From the IMG/VR virus record IMGVR_UViG_3300049844_000160, positions 1 through 42,717 of that record: DNA of 42,717 nt. One strand, given 5' to 3'. This stretch comes from a virus (lineage: Duplodnaviria > Caudoviricetes). Positions 1 to 8,826 of this stretch are shown here, piece by piece. Numbering within the stretch: the stretch's first letter is position 1; every line of letters begins with the position of its first letter. The notes beneath the pieces were generated by a model. That model ran no database searches, was not told where the DNA came from, and saw only the letters and a program-made list of their open reading frames with translations. Made by a program: the position numbers and the translations under genes.

Positions 1-109
1 GATCTGTTATAGGCGTACCCCCATTATACGCTGCAGCTACCATTTCGGGAGTACCCCACTTGTCAAAAAGTTGTTTCAAAAACTTACAAGCATAGTGACA
101 TGAAATCTC
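1..109. repeat. Exact 109-bp copy of 42104..42212 (circular overlap, 3' part of SLT gene)
   Basis: gatctgttataggcgtacc...catgaaatctc is identical at both positions; the copies diverge at 110 and 42213. Confidence 0.95.
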
Positions 110-406
110 AGGGTTCACGGCCTCAGTTAGCATGCCGTCAAACCCGAGTTCTCTCAGCTTTGTCCCCATGATTTGAAGCGGTCCCCAAGATATAGCTTGG
201 AGAATCTTTTCAGTTTCGACCGTAATTATGTGCATTTTTGCCCACTTTTCAGGTGTGAGGAAGTATTTCCAGTTTTTTTCAAAACGCACAACCAGTGGAT
301 TATTATTGGACTCAACCTGCATTACTGCTTTGACAAACTTTTGATCTATACCTAATTCTTTTGCCTTTTTATTTCCGGTCACTATCGCCTTATTTATTCT
401 TGCCAC
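1..406 (-). CDS. Lytic transglycosylase (SLT) endolysin, allele A (HNH+), runs off the window end
   Basis: Not in the ORF track. Manual translation from GTG at 406 (GGAG upstream): MARINKAIV...QVESNNNP...SWGPLQIMG...AAAYNGG. Homologous to 42039..42503. Confidence 0.9.
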   Translation of the reverse strand, partial: MARINKAIVTGNKKAKELGIDQKFVKAVMQVESNNNPLVVRFEKNWKYFLTPEKWAKMHIITVETEKILQAISWGPLQIMGTKLRELGFDGMLTEAVNPEISCHYACKFLKQLFDKWGTPEMVAAAYNGGTPITD

Positions 407-439
407 AACACGCACTCCGTCCTTAGTATAAATTATATA

Positions 440-898
440 ATGAAACCCGAGTTTAATCGATTCACTGAAAAATACATCCCCGAACCGAACTCGGGGTGTT
501 GGCTTTGGATTGCGACTGTAGATAGGGGCGGGTATGGAAGATTTAGAAATGGGGGTAAGCTTGATAGCGCTCATCGAGTTAGCTGGCTTTTGCATCATGG
601 CAAAATTCCGCTAGGTTTGTGGGTATTGCATAGATGTGACATTAGATGCTGCGTGAACCCAGTGCATTTGTGGCTAGGAACCAGATTAGACAATATAAGA
701 GACATGTGTGCTAAAGGGCGACATGTGCCAGGATGGGGTGGGATTCAAAAAAAACATGAATTTTGCAAGCGAGGGCACCGACTAGATCAAGACAATGTCT
801 ATTGGAATGGAACAAACCCCAGCGGTTACAGGTCAAGGACATGCAAAAAATGTGTTGTAGAAAGAAGAAAAAATCATTCTATTTCTTCGATTGCTTAA
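440..898 (+). CDS. Free-standing HNH homing endonuclease
   Basis: CWLW, GYG, AHR and VLHRCDxxxCVNPxHL...DNxxD motifs, plus a C-terminal CKRGH...RTCKKC Zn module. Absent from the allele at the other window end. Confidence 0.92.
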   Translation: MKPEFNRFTEKYIPEPNSGCWLWIATVDRGGYGRFRNGGKLDSAHRVSWLLHHGKIPLGLWVLHRCDIRCCVNPVHLWLGTRLDNIRDMCAKGRHVPGWGGIQKKHEFCKRGHRLDQDNVYWNGTNPSGYRSRTCKKCVVERRKNHSISSIA

Positions 899-1202
899 AC
901 CCCATCTTCTCTAGGTTCGCATCTATAACTTTCTTCTCTTGGAACATGGCTTTGTCTTCTTCGGTTCTAAGTTCCGGGTCGTCCCCGTAGTCTGATTTTT
1001 CTTCTTTCTCGGGGTCTTTAGAAAGAACTTCAGCTGCTTTCTTTCGCAGTCCAGCTATAGACTTTAATACCTGTTGCTTTTCCTTGGTGCGCTCCAAGAC
1101 CTTGGCCATTAGCTCTGGGTCTTTTTTAATTTCTTCAGCGCGTATCAGAGTTTCTACTGCGCAATCAACCTCGTGCTCTTCTTCCTTTTCTTCCATTTTC
1201 AT
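879..1202 (-). CDS. Hypothetical charged protein, allele A
   Basis: 107-aa ORF in the late operon; its homologous allele at 42460..42717 has a different C-terminus. Confidence 0.75.
   Translation of the reverse strand: MKMEEKEEEHEVDCAVETLIRAEEIKKDPELMAKVLERTKEKQQVLKSIAGLRKKAAEVLSKDPEKEEKSDYGDDPELRTEEDKAMFQEKKVIDANLEKMGFKQSKK
1026..1136. repeat. Exact 111-bp copy of 42607..42717
   Basis: aacttcagctgc...taatttcttc is identical to the last 111 nt of the window. Confidence 0.95.
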
Positions 1203-1206
1203 TCTA

Positions 1207-1383
1207 TTACCCCTTCATTTCTGTTTCTGGACTAACTTGTGTTTCTGTAGGCTTAGGTGCATTTACTTTCAGCGTTTCACACAACATTTTCACAACTGCA
1301 TCTACAATCTGATGCTCTTGTTTGGTTCCGACAAAGCGATCACCCATCATTTTTACAACTTGCTTTACTTGCTCTTCATTCAT
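1207..1383 (-). CDS. Hypothetical protein (58 aa, MNEEQVKQ...EMKG)
   Basis: Manual ORF below the track cut-off, with GGAGG upstream; fills the gap in the operon. Confidence 0.7.
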   Translation of the reverse strand: MNEEQVKQVVKMMGDRFVGTKQEHQIVDAVVKMLCETLKVNAPKPTETQVSPETEMKG

Positions 1384-1448
1384 ATTTTATTTCCTCCAAC
1401 TACCTTTTTACTTCGAGTTACCTACAAGAGCTAGGGGGGCTAATTCCT

Positions 1449-1733
1449 TTAAACGTCTGTGGCCCCTGCAAATTTAGCTAATGTTTTTAATTTGGTGTAA
1501 CCAACTACAATCCCACCACTCTCATTTAAGCTCTCTTGCGGATACTCCACGTCATCAAACGTGTAATCCTCCGTAACAACGGGGGGCTTACCATCGAGAC
1601 GATGTTGCAGGGTTTTATAGCCTTCTAGCCTGAGGAAAAGAATGCGGCCCTTACGAGCGTCTATAATCTCAGAAAGCCTCCAATAAGAAGCTGTCGAGCC
1701 ATTTAGTAGTTCTATTTCTTTCCCTAGTGCCAT
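1449..1733 (-). CDS. Small protein following tail fibre (possible fibre chaperone/accessory)
   Basis: MALxKxI...YWR...Y..LK....F.GA.DV pattern, typical of small proteins found after fibre genes; position. Confidence 0.55.
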   Translation of the reverse strand: MALGKEIELLNGSTASYWRLSEIIDARKGRILFLRLEGYKTLQHRLDGKPPVVTEDYTFDDVEYPQESLNESGGIVVGYTKLKTLAKFAGATDV

Positions 1734-1740
1734 ATATCTC

Positions 1741-3903
1741 CTATGCGTTCGGATGCCATTCCACCGTGTGGAACTCTTCTACGATGTCGTTGTTTGAGGT
1801 TGCCTCGCCTGTAGCCTTTAACACAACCGTACCTGAGAGAGTCTCAGCAGGTGTGGTGTAATCACTTGTAGAGGTGAGCGTTGCTCCTGCTCTAAACACA
1901 CAGAATGCCTTTTGTGTTGTAGCACCAGTTCTTACAATCGATCCCTCAGCACTCCAATCAACACCGTTAAAGGCTAGTGCCGCAGTATCAAGTAGTGTTG
2001 TAGCTCCAAACTTAATTCTAACTCGCTTGTTGTTAGCGTTAGCAGCGAAGGTGCCTGCCATCTTAAATTCAACTCTGTCTCCGTTTGTTGAGAGAGTATT
2101 GGCTGGGACTGTGTAGGTTATTAAATCATCCTCACCCGCACCAACGTTACCTACAGCTGTAGTATTGACGTTGATTGTTCCACCAACACGCGCATAGCTT
2201 GTTGATGTGCCGGACAAGGTTCTTAGTATCACCTGACTTGTGTTCAAAGTTGTAGTTTGTGAGAAAACGTTAACTCCATTGGCATAGTGCTCAATAGCAG
2301 TGTTTCCTATGCTATATGCGTAATAGTAATTCCCCTTAACTGGCTTAACCCATGCAGTTGAGTCTGTGGCTGTGTTGTTGAATATGAGCTTTGTTTCTTC
2401 CTGTAAGCAAACATCGTCTCCGAAGTAGGCACCTACATAGGTATAAGTCCCAGTTCCCGTGAAGGCCGTCATCTTCTTTTGATAAAGACCTGTAGAGTAA
2501 ATATTAAGAGTTGAAGCACCGTTACTATGTGCTCCGCCAACACCTTTTCCGTTAGGAGCAAGCTTTAAACAAGTAAACATGTGATTTTCAGCTGTGCCTA
2601 CTGGCGACAATGTTGTGCCTGAGGCAATACCAGATGAGATATTAAGTACGCTGGCTTGTGTTGCGTTTGTTGTTGTGTGTGTTGTTGTCCCTAAGGTGTA
2701 CTCAAACGTACTTGTAGATATTAAAGACGTGCCTGTTCCGTTATCTACATAGTTACAAACTAGCGGCGCTGCTACAGTTCCACTTGTCGTACCAGTAAGA
2801 ACGAAGTTAAGCGCAGTACGCAACCCCCCAGAGGCCACACAGTTAATACCTACGGTGCCCGATATGTCAGACCCGAAGATAGCCAACCGAAAGACTCGAA
2901 GGTTTGAATCATTTCCACCAGAGGCAGAGCTTGATCCAATCACCACGTCATTTACTGAGACAGATCCAACAAGTCTTGGGTTAATAACAAGGCTCGTGCC
3001 ATCTCGGAAGATGCCAGCATCGTTAGCTGAGCCCAAGAACAAGGTATTTGCTGCCAGTTCTGAGTTAGCTGAGAACTGAATAACCCCAGTACCATTAGGA
3101 TCAAGGATTATGTTTCCGTTTGCGTTCGTACTAGACAAGGTATTGGTATCAAGGCGTAAATTATCTACGTCTAACTGTGTAAGACCTGACATAGCGCCTA
3201 AGTCCGTGAGAGCCACGAGCGAGTCCTGTACAGATGATGACCCGTCCCATCTTACAAGTCTTTCGTCCGTACCTACGGTTGAATATGTGGGTACTGAGGC
3301 AAAGCTTACCGTTCCCCCAGATGAGGCAAAGAAGGCTTGTGTTGAACCAGGCAATGCAGCTGGCATCGTGAGCGTATAGTTTGCAGTAACAGAGGCAGGA
3401 GATTTAATAGCTACATAGTTTGATCCGTTAGCCAGTGCCTCCATGAGGCGTAGTTCTTTTTCTTCTGCTACATGGAAATGGTCATATGAGAAGACGCCAG
3501 CTGTGGCATCAAGGCCCATCGTGCCGCTATTGGCATTGATGTTGACGTTAGTACCTGCATTTAAAAGAAAGAAACCTGAAAAGGACCCGAAGGTACAATC
3601 ACCGTCGGCGGCTAGGTTAACCTGTCCAAAAGCTGCTAGGAAATTTAGATTGCCACCAATTCCAGGCGTGAAGTTCATGTCAAAGGCACCGGTAGTGCTA
3701 AACGACATAGCCCCAGTTGAGTTATTAAAATAATCCCCAGCTCCATTCCACGTAATGCCGCCAACAGTGATTTCAGTGATTCCAGTCAATACTCCAGTAT
3801 CGCTTAGAACCCCTAGCGAATCCTGTACATTGGAACTTCCGTCCCATCTTACAATGTGTTCATCCGTACCACTGCCAGTAATACCCGCTATTAAACTACT
3901 CAT
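1741..3903 (-). CDS. Tail/head fibre protein (720 aa)
   Basis: G/S/T/N-rich beta-type composition, duplicated GTDExxVRWDGSSxVQDS module, LDVDNLRLDxNTLSSTNxNGNIILDPNGTG fibre motif. Confidence 0.75.
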   Translation of the reverse strand: MSSLIAGITGSGTDEHIVRWDGSSNVQDSLGVLSDTGVLTGITEITVGGITWNGAGDYFNNSTGAMSFSTTGAFDMNFTPGIGGNLNFLAAFGQVNLAADGDCTFGSFSGFFLLNAGTNVNINANSGTMGLDATAGVFSYDHFHVAEEKELRLMEALANGSNYVAIKSPASVTANYTLTMPAALPGSTQAFFASSGGTVSFASVPTYSTVGTDERLVRWDGSSSVQDSLVALTDLGAMSGLTQLDVDNLRLDTNTLSSTNANGNIILDPNGTGVIQFSANSELAANTLFLGSANDAGIFRDGTSLVINPRLVGSVSVNDVVIGSSSASGGNDSNLRVFRLAIFGSDISGTVGINCVASGGLRTALNFVLTGTTSGTVAAPLVCNYVDNGTGTSLISTSTFEYTLGTTTHTTTNATQASVLNISSGIASGTTLSPVGTAENHMFTCLKLAPNGKGVGGAHSNGASTLNIYSTGLYQKKMTAFTGTGTYTYVGAYFGDDVCLQEETKLIFNNTATDSTAWVKPVKGNYYYAYSIGNTAIEHYANGVNVFSQTTTLNTSQVILRTLSGTSTSYARVGGTINVNTTAVGNVGAGEDDLITYTVPANTLSTNGDRVEFKMAGTFAANANNKRVRIKFGATTLLDTAALAFNGVDWSAEGSIVRTGATTQKAFCVFRAGATLTSTSDYTTPAETLSGTVVLKATGEATSNNDIVEEFHTVEWHPNA

Positions 3904-3906
3904 ATT

Positions 3907-5265
3907 TTATGTTAACTCCGTGACTCTCATTGAGCCTGTTGCAGAATCCCATATTCCAGTAACGATTCCTGTGTAGACAGGTATTCCGTCTACAATAAGC
4001 GTTTCGGCAGCTCTTAACTTATACGTGAATGACGTTGTTGATGCAGTAGATCCAAACTTTAAATAACAAGCTGATGTTGAATCATTGTAAAAGATTGCTG
4101 ACTCTCTTGATGCATTGAGCGCTAAAACTGTAACGCTTGTCGCAGATGCTGCCACGTTTGAAAGAGTTGCTGTTGCTGCTGTATATTTACCTAAAATAGA
4201 AGAAACAGTTGTCTCTGTAGCTGCTCCTGTGGGCAAACTAATGGTGCCTGAGATGTTCGTAATGTTCCAAGTGCCCGACTGGGTAGCTGCCACTGTACCA
4301 TCTACAGTAAGAGATCCACCGTTATCGTCAATAGAAAGAACACCTGTAGAATCGTTTGCAATGGTCACTCGTTGTGCAGTGGCTTCTGTTCCTCCGCCCA
4401 CAACTGATAGAACTGTGTTAGTCACGGCTCCTGAAATAACCCAAGGAGATGTGGACTGAGTTACGGCTACAGTACCGCTTATTGCTACTGTGCCGTCCAC
4501 CGTAATAGAGCCAGCATTATCTGTAATTGGTAGAGCCGATTGATTTGAGGCAATAGTAACTGGCATAGACGCTGCCATGGTCGTTTGACCTAGGGCCGCT
4601 GGAATGCCTGCATCAATAGCAGACAGAGATGAGATCATGGTTGCTTGATTGGCAGCTGTAGAAGCTCCTGTGGGTAGTGGCAGTGACGCTGCACTTATGG
4701 GCTGGGTAACGCCTGAGCCGTCTGTTCTTAACCCGCCTGAGGTGTTGAGCGACAAAGACCTTGTAGTGCCATCGCTATAGCTTGGTGCAGCTGTTGTTAC
4801 CGCCGCGTGAGACTGTGTTTTAAGATTATCTGCAGTTTCACAATACGCCTCGATTACGTGTGGCGCTGTACATGCAGTTAATGAAACCGTTGCCGTGCCT
4901 GAGGTCCATGCAGTTGATATAAGCTTTATCGCCTTTAATCCACCTACGGGGACAGTCCATGAGCCATTTGCAGCGATTGCCGTGGCTATAACACCACTTG
5001 CTACAGGTATAATTTCACTTGCTACAAAGGTTACACCGTCAACTGAGACTTGAACCGCAATAGTTCCTACCCAAGTTCCTGTAACAAGCACTCCTACCGT
5101 GCCTCTGACACTTGCAAAGGCAAGATCTACAGAGTCGCTTAATGCTGTGATTGTGTCTGTAAGGGTTTCGTAAGCATTCCCAACAATCCACGGAGTTGTC
5201 CCCTGTGTAACAGAACCGCCACCGCCTCCACTCGAACCAGGACTATTTATTGTTACATTAGACAT
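3907..5265 (-). CDS. Virion structural/fibre-like protein (452 aa)
   Basis: T/S/A/G-rich with repeated DNxGSxTVDGTVA and LPTGAxT motifs; located in the structural operon. Confidence 0.65.
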   Translation of the reverse strand: MSNVTINSPGSSGGGGGSVTQGTTPWIVGNAYETLTDTITALSDSVDLAFASVRGTVGVLVTGTWVGTIAVQVSVDGVTFVASEIIPVASGVIATAIAANGSWTVPVGGLKAIKLISTAWTSGTATVSLTACTAPHVIEAYCETADNLKTQSHAAVTTAAPSYSDGTTRSLSLNTSGGLRTDGSGVTQPISAASLPLPTGASTAANQATMISSLSAIDAGIPAALGQTTMAASMPVTIASNQSALPITDNAGSITVDGTVAISGTVAVTQSTSPWVISGAVTNTVLSVVGGGTEATAQRVTIANDSTGVLSIDDNGGSLTVDGTVAATQSGTWNITNISGTISLPTGAATETTVSSILGKYTAATATLSNVAASATSVTVLALNASRESAIFYNDSTSACYLKFGSTASTTSFTYKLRAAETLIVDGIPVYTGIVTGIWDSATGSMRVTELT

Positions 5266-5266
5266 C

Positions 5267-5578
5267 TTATTCCTCGCCTATGTATTCAACTTTTACACCT
5301 TCACCATTAACACTTGCATCAATGTAAACTTTGCTCAGATCAAATGTCTGAATCATCCCGCGCGTGACTGTCTGACCTTCTTTTGAGTTCGAAGCTCCCG
5401 CCACAAGATACGGCGCATTTGATGCCGCTACAGTTGAGTCCCCAACATAAATAAGGCCAGTATTGGCTGCATTTGCCTGAACAAGGAACGCCGTCGTGTA
5501 AAGCTTCGTGGTGCTCAACGGTACAGCTGTCCCCGCTGTTGTCACAACCTTGGCAAAGGTTTTTATAATCAATGCCAT
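5267..5578 (-). CDS. Small virion structural protein
   Basis: Beta-sandwich-like sequence (NTGxIYVG...LSKVYID...GEGV); located in the structural operon. Confidence 0.55.
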   Translation of the reverse strand: MALIIKTFAKVVTTAGTAVPLSTTKLYTTAFLVQANAANTGLIYVGDSTVAASNAPYLVAGASNSKEGQTVTRGMIQTFDLSKVYIDASVNGEGVKVEYIGEE

Positions 5579-6049
5579 TTAGTACTGCTCGAATAAAAAC
5601 TTCACCGTCAATGCTGTGGTAGCTCCATAAGTAGGTGTTCCACGAGATTGTAATAAACAATACAAATCTCTTGTGCCCAATAGCGGACGCATCATAAGCT
5701 CAATGTTTGCCTTTACCGCTACAGAATTGGCAGACAGCGCCGTGAAATCACCAGTTGCAACAACAACGCGACCGATAAAACGCGCAGTCATTTCTGCATC
5801 CGTAATGTTCAGGGCTGCATTATCTGCACTTGCAATCGTTGGAGCAGAATCAAAAAACAAAACATCAATACCTGCAGTCTGTGCTGCCTGGTCAGTTATA
5901 ATTAAAGATTTCAAAACAACAATGCCAGATGTTTCATCTGCAACATTTGACAAAGTCATTAAACTACCAAGCCTGTCGCCTGAGGCATAAATAGCCGTAT
6001 CAATCGTTGGCGTAGCTGTTAGGTAGAATGCTTTTTTATCTAGTACCAT
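5579..6049 (-). CDS. Putative virion structural protein
   Basis: AGGAGG SD; tight packing in the structural operon. Confidence 0.55.
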   Translation of the reverse strand: MVLDKKAFYLTATPTIDTAIYASGDRLGSLMTLSNVADETSGIVVLKSLIITDQAAQTAGIDVLFFDSAPTIASADNAALNITDAEMTARFIGRVVVATGDFTALSANSVAVKANIELMMRPLLGTRDLYCLLQSRGTPTYGATTALTVKFLFEQY

Positions 6050-6060
6050 GTGGACCTCCT

Positions 6061-6088
6061 AAAGAAAGGGGCCGTATTTCAGACCCCC
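6061..6088 (-). terminator. Intrinsic terminator after the decoration-protein gene
   Basis: Minus strand GGGGTC-TGAAATAC-GGCCCC followed by TTTCTTT. Confidence 0.65.
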
Positions 6089-6096
6089 GTCAGAAA

Positions 6097-6417
6097 TTAA
6101 CTAGCTGCTTTTTGAACCAATACAACAATTACAGATCCAGCGCCTGGGTTAGCAGACCAAACACCAGTAATGGTGTTAGCTGCTTGGGTTGTCCAACCAA
6201 GTAATGGCAAGTTGTTTGCACCTTTGGTTTTTTGATAAACTGAAAGAATCGTGTCAGCTGCAGCAAGACCCGTAAGAGTCATCGCTTCAGTTGCAGCGCC
6301 ACCAGCACCAGCACTTGATGTGTAGGCTACGATATTAACCAAATCACCAAGGTTGGTCTTACGTGCAGTTGCATTCATACGATTTAGTAAAAAAACATCA
6401 TCTGAACTTGCGGCCAT
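6097..6417 (-). CDS. Putative capsid decoration protein
   Basis: Small A/T/G-rich protein directly after the major capsid gene, with a strong AAGGAG SD. Confidence 0.55.
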   Translation of the reverse strand: MAASSDDVFLLNRMNATARKTNLGDLVNIVAYTSSAGAGGAATEAMTLTGLAAADTILSVYQKTKGANNLPLLGWTTQAANTITGVWSANPGAGSVIVVLVQKAAS

Positions 6418-6444
6418 AATTTATCTCCTTTTTTAATGAGGTGT

Positions 6445-6464
6445 GCCCCCCTCACGCGGGGGGC
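6445..6464. other. GC-rich stem-loop downstream of the major capsid gene
   Basis: GCCCCCC-TCACGC-GGGGGGC. No U-tract on the minus strand, so more likely a stabiliser or pause site than a terminator. Confidence 0.5.
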
Positions 6465-6486
6465 TATCCTCTATAGACCATTAAAC

Positions 6487-7725
6487 TTAGTAAGCAGGAA
6501 TACTGTGGATAATACCGCAGCGACCAGGTGCTTTAACGATGAGTTCACCGAAAAGGCAAATGTCGATAAGGTAGCTAAATCCAGTGGTAGCTCGTACTTC
6601 AAAATATTCGCGACCGTCTGGTGATGCTCGTTTTTTGAACATACCGTTAGAAGCAAATACAATGGCTGCAGGATCAAGGAATATGATCTCTTCGTCAGGC
6701 ATTTCTTGAATACCAACGAGCATAAGATTTCCTTTAACGGAGGTGATTTCTATTTCAGTCCAGCCGTAGAGGTTAGCTTTTTGCGCAGTTGCAGTAACTT
6801 TAAATCCACCCTTTTGGGTTTCAATAAGTTTCATGCATGAACCAAGGTGCTTGAAGCTCATAAGAATCTTAGAAGCATTACCACGAGCCTTAGTGCGAAC
6901 AGTGGTATAGGCATCAAACAACTTTTCTAAGATGTTTGTAGCGCTAATTGCAGCTCCTGAAACGTTAACCGCTTGTAGGAACGGATAGGCCAACTTGGTC
7001 TGTCCATGCAACGTAGATCCGCCACCGTTTGCAGCGCTAAGAAGAGCGTCGATCAATCCTTGGAAAGACGCAGACTGAGCACCTGGGTGATAGAAGCGTG
7101 CTGACTGTGCAACTGTGTAAGCACTAATGTCAACTGCAGCACCGCCACGGGTAGCAGAGAATGTCACTGCATTGGTGTTCACGTTAATAGCAGTAACGTA
7201 AATAGCCAAAGGAGATGAATCGCCGTCATCGATAAAGCATTTTTCACCAAGGGCGAAACGGTCAACTTTATCAACAATTGAAATACCAGTTGCGTGGTTT
7301 GTAGCATCAGTAACAGATGCAAAGTAGCTCTTACCGAGCAAGTTAATAGAAACTTTTTCTTTCATAGAAGCCATGAAAGCATCTACACGGTCAGGCAAGA
7401 TGCGAAGAAGGTTTTGGTCTGAAAGAGCACCGTGTTCCATTAAATCGCGGTGATTTAAGAGCATTGTGCCCCAAACTTCTTTTTGGCTTGAAACTTCTCC
7501 ACGAACCATCGCATCTTCAGATACGTCGGTTGAAGCAGCAAGTTGGCCGAATTCGATTGAGGAAGCGCCTGCTCCTACGAAAGGAACGATATAGGGTCCG
7601 CCCTTCCAAGCATCGTCTTTTTCACAATTGGTCAAAAGCCAATCACGTTTAATAATTTCTTCTTTGAGTAATTCGTTAGGTAGGTAATCGTTCAGCATTG
7701 TGCTGAAACTTCTTGTCGTTGCCAT
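6487..7725 (-). CDS. Major capsid protein
   Basis: 412 aa, directly after portal and scaffold; size and composition fit an HK97-fold coat protein. Confidence 0.8.
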   Translation of the reverse strand: MATTRSFSTMLNDYLPNELLKEEIIKRDWLLTNCEKDDAWKGGPYIVPFVGAGASSIEFGQLAASTDVSEDAMVRGEVSSQKEVWGTMLLNHRDLMEHGALSDQNLLRILPDRVDAFMASMKEKVSINLLGKSYFASVTDATNHATGISIVDKVDRFALGEKCFIDDGDSSPLAIYVTAINVNTNAVTFSATRGGAAVDISAYTVAQSARFYHPGAQSASFQGLIDALLSAANGGGSTLHGQTKLAYPFLQAVNVSGAAISATNILEKLFDAYTTVRTKARGNASKILMSFKHLGSCMKLIETQKGGFKVTATAQKANLYGWTEIEITSVKGNLMLVGIQEMPDEEIIFLDPAAIVFASNGMFKKRASPDGREYFEVRATTGFSYLIDICLFGELIVKAPGRCGIIHSIPAY

Positions 7726-7728
7726 TTA

Positions 7729-7765
7729 GCAAACTCCTTATTGTTGGTCTCAATAAGGAGCTTGC
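7729..7765 (-). promoter_or_regulatory. 15-bp RNA hairpin sequestering the capsid Shine-Dalgarno
   Basis: mRNA GCAAGCUCCUUAUUG-AGACCAA-CAAUAAGGAGUUUGC then UAA AUG; the AAGGAG is in the 3' arm. Confidence 0.75.
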
Positions 7766-7774
7766 GCTGTTACC

Positions 7775-8758
7775 TTATTGAAACTGTTTTTGTAATTGTT
7801 TTAATTGATCTAGAGATGTGATCGCACTACGCGTAGGGCTCCCGCCACTTCGCCCAACATTAGGTATAACCTTGGGCTTTTGCTGTGCTGTCACAGGCGC
7901 GGCTCCCGCCGGCACTTGGTTGATAAATGGTGCGAATTCCTTCGCCACACTTGCCATCACTTCACTCGGCGGCACGTGCTTCCCAGCACGGTCCACAAGA
8001 TATGCGCCCCTATCGATGACGAGCTGTCTGAAAGACCCACTCCCGTTGGCCTTTTCATACATCTCCTTCATACCTTGGTAGTCAGCTTTCCCAAGCTCGG
8101 CTTCCAATTGGTATCCGGTAAGGTTCGCAAGCTCTTGCTGAGCCTGTGAACGATATACTTCATTTTGCTTTAAAAGTTCTTCGTTTTCAAGAGCAAGCTT
8201 CTGTTCTTTTTCCCACACAGCTTTTTGCTCAGGACTCATTTGTTGGCGGCTTAACTTTTCCTGAACAATTTTATAAAGCATCTCATCCGTGTATCCAATA
8301 TTGGACAAAACCCGCTCATGATCGCCTTTTTCATACATTTCCCGCAATTTAGATACAGTTTCAACGGTTGGCTTATATTCTGACAACTCAGTCTCATACT
8401 GTTTGGACTTTTGCTTGTGTATCTCTACTGCCTCTGCGCGCTGTATTATGTCTTTTACTTTTTCAAGAGCCTGAGCATCTTTTACTAATGGTCTGAAAAA
8501 CGCATCTACTTCCTTTTCTTGACCGTTAAACTTGTACTTCCAATCAGGGGTAAATACTGGCGCGGCTGCCTCTGGTGCCGCTCCTTTAGACTTAAAACTC
8601 TTGTACCCTTTGGTTGCGGTATCCTGTGATTTTGCTGATACAGGCTCCACAGCTCCGACAGGCTCACTAGGCGCCTCTGGTGTTGTCGGCTCAACTGGCG
8701 GCGCGACTTCCGGGGTTGTGATTTCGGGCGTTGTTTTTTCTTCTGTTGTTTCACTCAT
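7775..8758 (-). CDS. Capsid scaffolding protein
   Basis: Acidic P/E-rich N-terminus, KFNGQEKEV motif, coiled coil; lies between portal and capsid. Start at ATG 8758 with GGAGG. Confidence 0.75.
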   Translation of the reverse strand: MSETTEEKTTPEITTPEVAPPVEPTTPEAPSEPVGAVEPVSAKSQDTATKGYKSFKSKGAAPEAAAPVFTPDWKYKFNGQEKEVDAFFRPLVKDAQALEKVKDIIQRAEAVEIHKQKSKQYETELSEYKPTVETVSKLREMYEKGDHERVLSNIGYTDEMLYKIVQEKLSRQQMSPEQKAVWEKEQKLALENEELLKQNEVYRSQAQQELANLTGYQLEAELGKADYQGMKEMYEKANGSGSFRQLVIDRGAYLVDRAGKHVPPSEVMASVAKEFAPFINQVPAGAAPVTAQQKPKVIPNVGRSGGSPTRSAITSLDQLKQLQKQFQ

Positions 8759-8826
8759 GAAACCTCCATGTACGACCAAGGGCGATCCCTCACCCAAGGC
8801 TATTTAAAAACTCCCTTGCCGTAGAA

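Noticed and set aside
6504-6512. Second perfect DnaA box (TGTGGATAA)
   Set aside because: Inside the capsid CDS with no origin context; a 9-mer is expected about 0.3 times by chance on both strands.
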